Shown here in pieces: positions 35,546 to 48,219 of a stretch of DNA of 64,000 nt. The DNA comes from Mobula hypostoma (taxonomy: Eukaryota). The DNA lies in NCBI RefSeq assembly GCF_963921235.1, contig NC_086108.1, forward strand, positions 100,070,001 through 100,134,000. The letters are read 5' to 3'. Within the stretch, counting starts at the first letter, position 1. Each line of letters begins with the position of its first letter. Under the pieces are notes generated by a model. It saw only the letters and a program-made list of their open reading frames with translations. It was not told the DNA's origin and did no database searches. The translations under genes were made by a program, and so were the position numbers.

Positions 35546-38500
35546 AGGAATTAGCCTACATTATTTCCTAAATTGCCTCAGTACTAAAGTGTTTTGTTGG
35601 CTGCATGATCACTGAAGCAATGATTGGCACCACGCAAAATGTGAAGAATTAATTCCCCATTATAGTTTGTGATGAATGGCAGCTTAGGGGTTAAATACAA
35701 CTGTCATGGAAAGATATACAATGGATAAAGGATCTGTTGTAGCTGCTGGTATAATTGAATGAGTATCATGCCAATTTTTTCCATCTGCTTGAATTCATTG
35801 GGCATTTTTCCATGAGGACCATTCCCATGAGTGCAAATTGGGAATATACTGCAAGCCAGAAATTCTTCATAAAGAAACATTCATTATACACATTGTGAAA
35901 TCTTACTATGTAATATCCATCACTGCAGTCAAAACAAAAGCAGATAATAATTAGGTCTTCAGATGTCTTTGATGCCCATAAAACCTTCAGTACTGAAGCC
36001 CTACTGTCCTCCCTCTCCCACTGACCTCTGAACTCATCTCTCCAAACTTTGCTTACTCTCATTGGCATGCTAGCATAATCTATGGATTTGATTCCTCCTG
36101 AGTTTCTTGCAATAGTTTTAGGGAATTAATCATTCATTCATTGAGAGCCTCAGAATAGAGTGACATCCTTTTAGAATGGAGATGATGAGAAATTTCTTTA
36201 GCCAGTGTGGTGAGTCTCTGGAATTCATTACCACAAACGTTGTGGAGGCCAAGACTTTACGTATATTTAAGGCAGAGGTTGGTAGATTCTTGATTGCTCA
36301 GGGCATGAAGGGATACGTGGAGAAGACAAGAGACTGGGGCTGAAGGGGAAAAGTGGATCAGCCATGATGAAATGGTGGAGCAGACTTGTTGGGCCAAATG
36401 CCCCATTTCTGCTCCTATATCTTATGGTTTTATGGCAACTCTACTGATGCTACAATCATATTCCATTGGCACCTTGGAAATTTTCCACTTTGGACATTGC
36501 CATCGTAATACCCATAGCTCAAAGTCATTCAGGATGGAGAAGTTGAGTATTCCATTCGTTCCACTACTGGATTTAATATTATGCACTATGACAGCAATAC
36601 AGAATGCATGGCAAATACCCAGCAATGTTACTTAACAGCACTTCCTGCTTGAGTAACCTTTACTGCCAAGGTAAACAGGAATATCAATCTTGTCGGAATG
36701 GTATTGTCTCCGAGCTTGCTGCTAACTCCTACACCACACTGTTATGGGCATGCATCATTGTTTCTTCATCAACGCCAGGTCAAAGTCTAAGAGTTCCTTA
36801 ACAAATACTACTTTGTCAGAATATTGACAAAAGGGGTGTGCTGATTCACCAGAGGATACCCGCCCTCATGGACAGCGGGGATGGGCAATAAATGCAGGTT
36901 TGCTAGCACTTTTGGTTTACAGAATTTCGCCGGTAAAGCAAGGCTTTCATATTTATATGCGAATTACAAGAGTATTTTGTCAGTAAGCAAGATGACATTC
37001 AGTGAAGATTCTGTGACTGAGAAGTAGACAGACTTATGGTCTGCAAGACTTGTTCAAGCCACTCAGCTTAATTTCCACATCAAAAGACCTCCCCCCCCCC
37101 CACCCCCCAATCCTGCATCCAGGACTTGACATCTTTGCAAGTCCACAGGGGTAGCCCAATGTCACCATGTCTGAGTACGGATCTGAACTGGAGTGCGAGT
37201 CAGTGGAGGTTGCAAGCAAAAGAAGTTGGCCTGTTTTGGGATTGTGGGTAGGAGGGAGGAATATGGGCTTGTTTATCTGTTTAAGTTTTGTTACTTGTTA
37301 GTTCTGTCATGTTCTGTGTTGCTCTGTCGAGCAGTGCGAGCATGCTGTGTTTGTGTTGCAATTTGTGGCAACACTTGCGGGCTGCCCCTGATGTGTTGGT
37401 TGTTAACGCAAACGACGCATTTCACTGTCCATGCGATAAATAAACTTGAACCCTGACTGTCCAACCTTGAACCTTAAATCTTCTCGCAACCACCATCTGG
37501 CGGGAGCTTAGGAACACAACTGAACACAACCGAAACAAAGAAAATACCATTGTAATGCAAAGTGATAAAGTGGCCACACCACCAGGTTCATGAACAGCTA
37601 CTTCCCTTCAAGCATTTGAATTGACCCGCACAACCCTAGTTGCCACTTCAGTATGGCAATACTAAGGCCACTGTGATCACTTTGCATTACAATGAATATT
37701 GTCTATGTTTCAATTGTGTTCTTTGTAAAAATTGGTTGAAAGTTAACGTTTTCTCTTGTGAATGCTGCTTATCTGATTCTATGCGCCCATGATATTGCTG
37801 CAAATAAATTCTTCATTGCATCTTTGCATTCATGTACTTATACATATGGAAATAACTTTGACTTTGAATTTGCATTGTGCTGTGTGTACTTCTTATTTAT
37901 TTTTGTGGGCCTGGCAGCACTGAACCTTTGACAGGGTCCATAGAGCGTCCATTGTATTCAATCACTTCTTGAGGTGAGTTGGACAGACGGAGCGTCGTAA
38001 TGGCAAAAATCTCCAGTACAGTCAGGTAGAGAGTTCCTAATGGAATACATATCTCATGGGTGTTATGTCTGCGTTCACTCTGTTCTGTCCAGTTCAATGT
38101 CCAGAGGTGAGACACTGTGCATAAACTAGGTGGAAAAATTCAGTTTCAGATTCAGATTAGAGTCAAGGCATGTTCAAGGGGATGTGGTCGGAGCAAGGTC
38201 AAGACATGTTCAAGATAGAGTCGGGGCATGTGGAGCAGAGAAAAGTCAGAGTGGAGGAACTTCGGAATCTGTCCACCAAAATCAAGAGCAAGGTTTCACT
38301 GATCTAAGCACCGGACTGATTTGGAAAGGTCAGATGTAGGCCAGAATGAGGCAATGGGGTCCAGGCCCAGAGCATATCGAAGCAACAGGGCCCGAGTCGC
38401 AGTGCAATGGACAACCCGGAGTCAGATGGATTGAAAGGGCTGGGTGTCAGGAACCGGGGGTGAGGGTTGAGGTGGTTCTGCTTGCTGCTTCGCGATGTTT

Positions 38501-39823
38501 ACTCCACTCTCCACGGCACTGACGCTGTGGGCCTGCTCTGGCTGCTCCAGGATTCGTGTCTGTGAGCTTCGTGATGATTTGCCCCCCTGTGTGATGTACT
38601 GAGGCTGACGCTGTGGGCCTCCTCTGGCTGTTTTGGGCTTCGTGTCTGTGGACTCACTTTAGTTCTGAATACCGTTTATCGTTTGTACAATTTGTGATTT
38701 TTTTTTTCTCTCTCTCTATGTATTGGGTGTTTGTTAGTCTTTTTAAATGGGTTCTTTCGAATTTCATGTTTTGAGGCTGCCTGTTAGGAGACAAATCTCA
38801 AGGTTGTATAATTTATACATACTTTGATAATAAATGTACTTTGAACTTGGAACTTTGATTTATCACATGTATATTGAAACATCCAGTGAAATGTGCCCAT
38901 TTTTGTTTAATAAGCATTCATCTTCCAGCCTCCCTGGGTAAAACAATTGGGCAATTTTTAACTCTGGTAATTTGTGAAATTGCAGATTTATTTGCGCCCC
39001 TCCCCCACCAACCTCCATAATTCGTACATTTCCCACACTCCACCGACTTAGAATGGATTACTTTGTGGCTACATAGTGAAGTAAAATGCCCACAATAGGA
39101 ATATTTCCCACTACATGCATAATGACTGCATAGTGCACACAGCAGTGTGAATGGAACTGCACGCCTGGTAGCTGTTGAGCTAAAATGTTGTTACTAATTA
39201 TAATGTCATAAAGCGAACATTTAATTTTACTAACCTAGAAATTTCAGCGAGTAGGTCTGATTTCAATATTTTCGTGTCTGTTTCGGCTGTGTACTTTTTG
39301 GCAAAGTCCATGTGGTACAGAAGCTCGTTTCGTGCCAGCATCCAAAGAGAAATGCCACAGATCAAGGACCTTTCCTGACTCCAAACTTTTGAACATTGCT
39401 GCCTGCAAACGTAAACAATTTGTAAAGATGTTTGAAAGTGAAGTGACTTTGCCCAGTGGCACTGATGATAGTCCTGCCATCAGCCAGCCTCCTGCTGTCC
39501 ATTGTCAATGTGTGTCACACTCACTAACTGGCCTGAGGTGAAACTGCTGCTCACTGACTCCTCTTACTTCCAAACTCTGAAACTACTTGACAACATAACC
39601 TTTAAAGGAATGCTCTGAGACAGCATCTAAAGAACATCCAAATCCTTTCTGACCTTTGTTTTTTTTCTCTCCAAGGACGTGTTTGTTCTGCCCAACAAGC
39701 TGTGATAAATTATGTTCCTCCCGTTCTCTGCCTTTTGCAGCAGGTTTGTTGTGAGTGCTCCCCTTTCATTTCCTTCATCCCTACCCCGAATGAGTCGGAA
39801 CTTGGATCCATTGCAGCATCAGA

Positions 39824-40365
39824 CTCTCAGTGGCCACATTAGTAAGTATCTCCTGTACCTACTAAAGTGGCCACTGAATGTATGTTCATGGTCTTCTGCT
39901 GCTGGAGCCCAATCACTTCAAGGTTCTTCTTGTTCTGCATTCAGAGATGTCCTCTGCACACCACTGTCGTGACATGTGGTTATTTGAGTTACTATTGCCT
40001 TCCTATCAACTTGAGTCAGGCCATTCTCCTCTGACCTCTCTCATTAACAAGGAATTTTCACCCACTGATGCTCACTGGATGTTCTTTGCATTCTCTGTAG
40101 ACTCTAGAAACTGTTGTGTGTGAAAATCCCAGGAGATCATCAGCTTCTGACATACTCTAGCCACCCTGTCTGGCACCAAAAATTATTCCACAGTCAAAGT
40201 CACTTTGATCACATTTCTTCCTCATTCTGATGCTTGGTCTGAACAAAAACTGAATCTCTTGACCATGTCTCCATGCTTTTATCCATTGAGTTGCAGCTAC
40301 ATGATCAGCTGATTAGATATTTACATTAACAAGCAGGTGTACCTCATAAAGCAGCCGGATGTAAT
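39824..40365. mobile_element. Tc1/mariner-like non-autonomous DNA transposon (MITE)
   Basis: TIR-like cagtggccacattagtaagta, internal inverted copy tacctactaaagtggccactg, and distal gtgtacctcataaag. Homologous to 42492-42775. Confidence 0.6.
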
Positions 40366-40834
40366 AGATAGGGTGCTGAAGAAGGGAAGAAGGCTGGCTA
40401 ACTGCTTTAACCAACATTTGTTTGCCAGGGAAAATAGACTTCCTGGTCAAAGAGTTCAAAATTCAAAGTACATTTTATCATCAGAGTACACATATGTTGC
40501 TATATACAACTATGAGATTCATTTTTTTACTCAACAAACCCATAGAAAAGTAACTGTAACAGAGCCAGTGGATGACCACCAAACTTGGGCTTTCAACCAG
40601 AATGCAGAAGATAACAAACTGTGCAAATACAAAAAGAAAAAACAATAGTACAAATAAAAAAACAATAAATATTTTAAGAACATGAGATGAAGAGTCCTTG
40701 AAAGTGAGTCCATTTGTTGTGGGAACATTTCAGTGATGGAGCAAGTGAAGTTATCCCCTTTGTTCAAGAGCCTGATGGTTGAGAGGTAGTAACTGTCCCT
40801 AAGACATGATGACGTCAATGGTCAGAGCACAGAG

Positions 40835-41040
40835 TGCAGGGGTAACAACCTATCTGCTGGAAGAACTCAACGAGTCAAGCCCCGTCAGTGGAAGGAAAGG
40901 AATTGCCAATGTTTCAGGTTGAAACTCTACAACAGGACACCGACAGTTCCTTTCCTCCGATAGATGCCACTCTACCCACTGAGTTCCTCCAGCTGGTCAC
41001 TTCTTGCTCCAGACGCCAGCATCTGCAGTATCTTGTGTCC
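40835..41040. mobile_element. Old Penelope-derived palindromic element
   Basis: ctgctggaagaactcaacg ... ctgagttcctccagctg arms plus ccagcatctgcagt tail. Confidence 0.55.
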
Positions 41041-41195
41041 ACTGAGTGAATATCACAGTTAGCAATAGCACAAGAGATTCTGCAAAAGCTGGAAATCCAG
41101 AGGAACAGACACAAAATGCTGGAGGAACTCAACAGGTCCACAGATATAGCTGTCCCTGGTGGATATCAGCACCATTTAAACTTGTTTAATCTGGT

Positions 41196-41424
41196 GCGAC
41201 ACAGACAAAATGATGAAGGAACTCAACAGGTCAGGCAGCACCAATGAGGAGAAATAAACGTCAACGTTTCAGACCTAGACCCGTCACCAGTCCTGATGAG
41301 GGGACTCAGTCCGAGATGTTGTCTGTTTATTCCTCTCCGTAGGTGCTGCCTGACCAGCTGAGTATCTTCAGCATTTTGTGTGTGTTACTCTGGATTTCCA
41401 GCATCTGCAGAATCTTTCGTGTTC
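41196..41424. mobile_element. Palindromic Penelope-derived element with two head-to-head decayed hammerheads
   Basis: Centre ...gacccgtcaccAGTCCTGATGAgggg...; inverted arms on both sides; the outer tail is on the right arm only. Confidence 0.75.
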
Positions 41425-42491
41425 ATGTTTTCATTCCATCTAGTGTCCCAGAGGAAATTGGGCATACTGTAATCCAAACTCAAGCCCTTTTTCATTAAAG
41501 ATTTTGTTTTTTTTTTCATTTCATTGTGAGTAGTGTCAGCATTTAATACCTATTCATAAATGTCCTAGAGAAGGTGCTGAGGAACCACTGCCTTGAGCTG
41601 TTGGGATGAAGGTCCTCTCTCAGTGCTGATGGCTAGCGGTACTGTTTCAGGACAAGGACTGCACAGCAGTGAAGGCACAGCACTTCATCTCCAGCGCCGG
41701 TTGGGTGTGACAGGGACGGGAGCTACATCATGACAATGACATTCTGAAATAGCAGTATGAAATAGTTCCTTTCACTAGGCACCAATGAAACTGAGTGGTT
41801 AATTTTGTAAGTTTTGAAAGATCCAGAGGGATGTTCAAGGTTCTGAAATATTGTGACAGAATAAATGAAAAGGAACTCTATTTTCACTGGCAGAGAAGTA
41901 TTAGTTAAAACAGTTAGCCAAAGAACCAAAAGGAGAATATGACTCAGCAAGAAAATGAATCAGAAGAAAGTGAAGAATGCTTCCGAAGGGAAACTGGATA
42001 GTAATAAAGGAAAGGTTAACACGGCCATGTCGAGTGCAATGTGTAAGAGAAGTTTGGATAGATACATGGATGGGAGGAGTATGGAAGGCTATCATTCTGG
42101 TGTGGGTCGATAGGACTAGGGAACCTAAGGGGGAGCTTCTTCACGCAGAGTTTGGTGTGAATGTAGAATGAACTGCCAGTGGAAGTGGTAGATACGGGTT
42201 TGGTTTTAACATTTTAAAAAGGTTTGCATAGGTAGATGGATAGGAGGGGCTGAGGACTATGGTCAAGATGTGGATCAATAGGACCATGCAGAATAACAGT
42301 TAGGATTGGACTAGATGGGCTGAAGAACCTGTTTGTGTGCTGTGCTGTTCTATGACTAGTTATGGAGTTTTGAAGAGCTGGAATGGCCACAGTGAGATGA
42401 AATGTCCTACCCAACCTCTGCTTCATTCAATCATGTTAGACTGTTTCCGCTGTCTTGCTGCTATTCAGAATTGTACCTAGCATCACTGACA

Positions 42492-42775
42492 TACACTCAG
42501 TGCCCACATTATTAGATACCTCTTGTACCTAATGAAGTGGTCACTAAGTGTATGTCCGTGATCTTCTGCTACTGTAGCCCATCCACTTTAAGATTCAACA
42601 TGTTGTGCATTCGGAGATGCTCTTCTGCACATCACCGTTGTAATGCATGGTCATTTCAGTTACTGTCGCCTTCCGGTCAGCTTGAACCAGTCCGGCCGTT
42701 CTCCTCTGACCTCTCTCAGTAACAAGGCATTTTTCTCCCACAGTACTGCTGCTTGCTGGATTGTTTTGTTGTTAT
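42492..42775. mobile_element. Tc1/mariner-like MITE, partial
   Basis: TA-flanked hairpin tacactcagtgcccacattattagata...tacctaatgaagtggtcactaagtgta (42492-42552), followed by a body shared with about 39880-40085. Confidence 0.6.
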
Positions 42776-43039
42776 TCAGAATCAGAATCAGGGGTTTATG
42801 ATCACTGATACATTGTGGAATTTGTTATTTTGTGACAATAGTACAGTGAAAGATGTAAAAGTTCTATAATTTATCAGAAATAATGTTAAAGACGAGTAAC
42901 GAGGTAGTGTTCATGGATTCATGGACCGTTCAGAAATTTGATGGCAGATGGGAAGAAGCAATTCCTAAAATGTTGAATGTGGATTTCAGGCTCCTGTATC
43001 TCCTCCACAATGAATTGCATTGAATTGAATTGTATTGAA

Positions 43040-44415
43040 TTTATGAGACTGGAATAACACCAGAAGAGAAATGAAAAATCAGTATTTATCACTCTTCCTA
43101 AGAAACCTGGAGCAATAGAATGTGAATTACATAGGACCATAAGTTTAATGAGTCATATCACTAAGATACTTCAAAGAATTTTGATGACAAGAGCTAGAAG
43201 TAAGATACAAGCTGAAATAGGTAAAGAACAATGTGGTTTTGTGAAAGACAAAGGTACAAGAAACACAATATTGATGTTAAGGATACTATCAGAATGAGCT
43301 ATTCAAGTGAAAAGAGATTTGTTTGTTTGTTTTATCGACTACACTAAAGCATTTGATAAAGTGAAGTACAATAATATATTTGAAATATTACAGGAAACTC
43401 TAGATCTAGATTCGAAAGACCTCCGCCTAACCAGAAATCTGTATTGGGAACAAACTGCCGCTGTAAGAATAGATGGAGAAGTGAGTCAGTTTACGAAAAT
43501 CAAGAGAGGCGTTAGACAAGTATGTGTTCTCTTCCCTGATTTGTTTAATGTGTACAGTGAAACAATATTACAAAAAATAAGTGACATCTTGGGAATCAAA
43601 GTGGGCAGTGAAAACATCAATAATTTCAGATACGCGGATGACACTGTGTTAATAGCAAGTACGGAGAAAGAACTACAAAACTTATTGATATAGTTGTTGA
43701 AGAAAGTGCAAAAATAGGTCTATCTATCAACTACAAAAAAACGGAATGTATGGTGATGTCCAAAAAGAAGGAGAATCCTAACTGCAAGCTGAGAATAAAC
43801 GGGGAAGACATGTAACAAGTACAGAACTTTTTCTACTTAGGAAGCTGGGTGACATCAGATGGCAGGTGCGACATGGACACCAAAAGAAGAATAGGGATGG
43901 CAAAAGACACCTTTATGAGAATGAAGAGTATACTGACCAGCACTAAACTAGGCATGACAACCGGCCTCAGAATACTGAAATGTTATGTTTATCTAGTTAT
44001 GTTATATGGCTCAGAATGTGGCACAATATCTAGTAACATGAGGAAATGTACTGAAGCAGCAGAGATGTGGTTTTTGAGTAGGATGCAAAGAATATCATGG
44101 ACAAAACGAATATCTAACGAGGATGTCATGAACAGAACAAGCACAAAAAGAGAAATAACGTATGAAATCATGAAAAGGCAACGTAACTTCATTGAATATG
44201 TGATTAGGAAAGAGGAGTTAGAATGCACGGTAGTTATGGGAAGGATTGAAGGGAAGAAAGCAAAAGGAAGGTAAAAACAAATGATGATGGAGACAGCAGC
44301 TAGAGAACTGGAAATGAATACCAATGAATTGATCCACTTGACCTGAAACAGGAGTGTGTGGGCCATGGCAGTCAAAGCTCAAACTGGGCATGGCACCTGA
44401 TGATGATGATGATGA
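43040..44415 (+). mobile_element. 5'-truncated RTE-clade (BovB-like) LINE with 9-bp TSD
   Basis: FITLPKKPGAIECELHRTISLMSH, EQCGF, FIDYTKAFDKV, KRGVRQ, NNFRYADDTVLIA, MLYGSE. (TGA)n tail. TSD tgtattgaa at 43031-43039 and 44416-44424. Confidence 0.9.
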
Positions 44416-44424
44416 TGTATTGAA

Positions 44425-44945
44425 CTGACTTTATTTCTTACATCCTTCACATACCTGAGGAGTAAAAATCTGTACGTTATGTCTCCATCTAAATGTGCAA
44501 TGAGCAATCATAATAATTTATGATAAATAGAACAGTCAATGTAATATAGAGTACTGTACACAAGTCAGTGTGAGTTCATCAGTTTGATGGCCTGGTGAAA
44601 GAAGCTGTCTCGGAGCCTGTTGATCCTGGCTTTTATACTGCGGTACCACTTCCTGGATGGTAGCAGCTGGAATAGATTGTGGATGGGATGGCTTGGATCC
44701 TCAATGATCCTACGGGCCCTTTTTACACACCTGTCCTTGTAAATGTCCTGAATCATGTGAAGTTCACAACTACAGATGCGCTGGGCTGTCCGCACCACTC
44801 TCAGCTGGTGTATACAGACCACATGAGGTCCTCGGTGATGTGGATGCCAAGGAACTTGAAGCTGTTTACCCTCTCAACGCCAGATCCATTGATGTCAATA
44901 GGGGTTAGCCCGTTTCCATTCCTCTTGTAATTCACAACCAGCTCC
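44425..44945 (-). mobile_element. Rex1/Babar 3' portion (its tail is the RTE target)
   Basis: ORF 44565-44822 (LFQLLPSRKWYRSIKARINRLRDSFFHQAIKL). Confidence 0.75.
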
Positions 44946-45071
44946 TGAAGAGGATGTATCCTGGATGGTGTAAATACTTAAAAATGGAGTTCAAAATAAA
45001 TGTGCTTTCATCCTCTCCATACAAGTGGATGAAAAGATGTGACGTTAAAATGGCCCATGGAATAGTTTTTT

Positions 45072-45290
45072 CACAAACACAAGAGATTCTACAGATGCTA
45101 GGAATCTTGAGCAGCACACACAAAATGCTGGATGAACTCAGCAAGTCAGACAGCATCTTTGGGGAGGAAAGAACACTTTGGGCCGAACATCTGATGAAGG
45201 ATCTCAGCCCAAAATGTTGACTGTTTATTCCCCTCCATAGATGCTGCCCGACTTGCTGAGTTCCTCCACTATTTTGTGTGTGCTGCTCAA
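45072..45290. mobile_element. Palindromic Penelope-derived element
   Basis: Arms acacaaaatgctggatgaactcagcaag / cttgctgagttcctccactattttgtgtg. Centre at CTGATGAaggatctcagccc. Tail on the left arm only. Confidence 0.75.
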
Positions 45291-46530
45291 AATATATTTC
45301 TTTATATTCCATCTTTATCAGAACCAGGTATAATATCACCAGCATATGTCATGAAATCTGTTCACTTTGCAGCAGCCGTACGATGCAATACATGATAATA
45401 GTGAGAACAAAATGCGAATTACAGTGTATATATACATTAAATAGTTAAATAAGTAGCGCAAAATATAGGAAATAAAGAAGTAGTGAGGTAGTGTCCATGG
45501 GTCCAATGTCCATTCGGAAATCTGATGGCAGAGGGGAAGAAGCTGTTCCTGAATCGTTGAGTGTGTGTCTTCAGGCTTCTGTACCTCCTCCCCGATGCCA
45601 GCAATGAGGTAAAAGAAGCATGTTGCTGGCATCTCTACCAAATCATCCACAATTCACTCAGTTCACCCCGTACATGCGACTTGAGACGCATTATTGACCT
45701 GTGGATAGACTTTATTCCATTGTACTCTTTCCTTGAATCAAAATTGTACCAATTGTAGAGACACCACATAATATTTCCAGTGTTATGGCTCTTTGCTGTG
45801 ATTGCTGTTCTGCTCTTTATGTTATTATTATTGTTATTGTTGTGGGAACCTCAGCTGTCAGTGTGTACACAGCAAGAGCCCACAATGAGCACCAAGGCAC
45901 CAACAGGTAGTTAGAGCAGAGTACTGCAGAAACTCATTGTGATTGCAACATCCCACCAGGCACTGGTTTAACTCAAATCCTATTATTTTATTCTCATCAA
46001 TTCCCACCAGATTCTACCAGCCACCTGTACACCTGGGGTACTTAACCTACCAATCCACGTCAACATTCAGGCACTCATTTAAAACTAATCCTATTTTTTT
46101 AAATTCTTCCCATTTCACATCAATTCCAACCAGATTCTACTAGTCACCTGTGCACCTGGAACAAGTAACATACCAGCCCACACGTCTTGGGAGTGTAGGA
46201 GCTCAGGACTGAATACAGGTTTCTGGGGCTGCACCACATATGTGTCATCTTGATCAAGGTGTAAGCATTGGACAGATACTGCTCTGCTGGTACTGTGAGA
46301 ACTCTCAGACCCACCATTCTCCAATGGGGTCACATTCAGTGCTGATAATCAGATATGTTGGTGAAGCTGAACTGTGTACAATTTTGGTCACCCTATTATA
46401 CTACGACGTCATTAAGCAAGAAAGAGTGCAAAGATTTAGAAGAAAGTTACCAGGACTTGAAGGCATCAGCTTTAGGGAGAGGTTGGGAAGCTAGGGCTTA
46501 ATTTCTTAGAGTGTAGAGTGTAGGAAACTG

Positions 46531-46908
46531 ATCATCATCATCATTATGTGTCTTGCTGTATGACATAGACAATCATGATCTCGTGACCACCATTGTTCTT
46601 GGCTAATTTTTCGACTGAAGCAGTTTGCCATTTTCTTCCTCTTGGCAGTGTCTTTACAAGACGGGTGACCCCAGCCATTGTCAATACTGTTCAGAGATTG
46701 TCTGCCTGGCGTCAGTGGTCACATAACCAGGACTTGTGATATGCACCAGCTGCTCGTACGACCATCCACCACCTGCTCCCATGGCCTTAGTGACTCTGAT
46801 CCAGGGAGGCTAAGCAGGTTCTACACCTTCCCCAAGGGTAACCTGCAGGCTTGCAGAGTGAAGGAGTGCCTTCCACCTCGTTTGGTAGACATACCTCCAC
46901 CCACCACC
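46531..46908 (-). mobile_element. Non-autonomous RTE-related SINE with (GAT)n tail, inside a decayed CR1 (about 46360-47180)
   Basis: atcatcatcatcat at the left end. Homologous to 11765-12090. Confidence 0.6.
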
Positions 46909-46943
46909 ATAGAGATGCATAAAGTCATGAGGAGTATAGACAG

Positions 46944-47040
46944 CAACACACATCAAAGTTGCTGGTGAATGCAGCAGGCCAGGCAGCATTTCTAGGAAGA
47001 CGTATGGTCGATGTTTCGGGCCGAGACCCTTCATCAGGAC
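46944..47040 (-). mobile_element. 97-bp hammerhead-plus-arm insert with diverged 19-bp TSD
   Basis: Minus strand GUC-CUGAUGA-A-GGGUCUCGGCCC-GAAA-CA-UC-GAC (47006-47041). TSD tcatgaggagtatagacag (46925-46943) vs tcgtgaggggtataaacag (47041-47059), 16/19 identical. Confidence 0.8.
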
Positions 47041-47204
47041 TCGTGAGGGGTATAAACAGGGTGGGTGCATTCAGTCTTGTTCCCAGACAAAGGGAATCAA
47101 AAACATGAAGGGATACTGTTGGCTTAAAGTGAGAGAGGAAAGATCTGAAAAGGACCTGGGGTCAACTTCATCATGCAGATGCTATCAATTCACTTTATTC
47201 TTAT

Positions 47205-47430
47205 TCAGAGATACATCTCATTGACATGTCCTTCTGCCGAACCATCCCATGCCCCCTAATTTCACCCATGTGACCAATTAACCCTCTCTGGAATGTGGGC
47301 AGAAGCCGGCGCACCCGGTAGAAACCAACGTGGTCACAGGAAGAATGCACTAATTCCTTACAGACAGCGTCGAAATTGAACTCGGGTTGCTGGCTCTGTA
47401 ATAGCATTATGGCAACCGCCGTGCTACCGT
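47205..47430 (-). mobile_element. V-SINE (HE1-like)
   Basis: Reverse complement of the V-domain (gtgggcagaagccggcgcacccggtagaaaccaacg) and tRNA-like head. Confidence 0.65.
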
Positions 47431-48058
47431 GCATTTGTTGAAAAAGTTGCCAGAGGTAGTGGTAGAGATGGGTAGAATAACAACATTTAAAAGCTATGTG
47501 GATAGGAAAGGTTCGGAGGGATACAGGCTGGACCTGGGCAAATAAAACTAGCTTGGGTGGGCATGTATGGATGAGTTGGGCCAAAGGGCCTGTTTTCATC
47601 CTGTAATTCTTTATGACTGCTACCTCTACTGCACAGGATCAAAGTAAGCTGCAGAGACGTAATCTCAGTCAGCTCCATCATGGGCAGTAGCCTCTGAGGT
47701 ATCCAGCACATCCTCAAGGAGCAATGCCTCAAAAAGGCAGCTTCCATCAATAAGGAACCCCCTCCACCAAGGACATGCCCTCCTCTCATTGTTACCATCG
47801 GGGAGGAGGTACAGAAGCCTGAAGTCACGCACTCAGTGATTCAGGAACAGCTTCTTCCCCTCTGCCATCGGATTTCTGAATGGACATTCAACCCATGAAC
47901 AATACCTTACTACCCCGATGCAGACAGTGGAGTTGGTCATCGAAACATCAGTTATAATTGATATCAGTACCCAGCTGGAAGCCCAGGAAGAGTTTATTCA
48001 ACTGTCTCACTACTTTTTTTTACACTTTTTACACTATTTATTTAATTCAACTACTTAC

Positions 48059-48090
<32 letters not shown>

Positions 48091-48219
48091 CACACACAGA
48101 GACAGAGAGAGATAGTCAGAGAAAGAGACAGACAGAAAGACAGAGAGAGAGAGAGAGAGACACACACACAGACAGAGACAAAGACACAAGAGACACAGAG
48201 AGAGAGAGAGAGAGAGAGA
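48059..48219. repeat. Compound microsatellite (TG)/(TA)/(CA)/(GA)n
   Basis: Visible directly. Confidence 0.95.
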
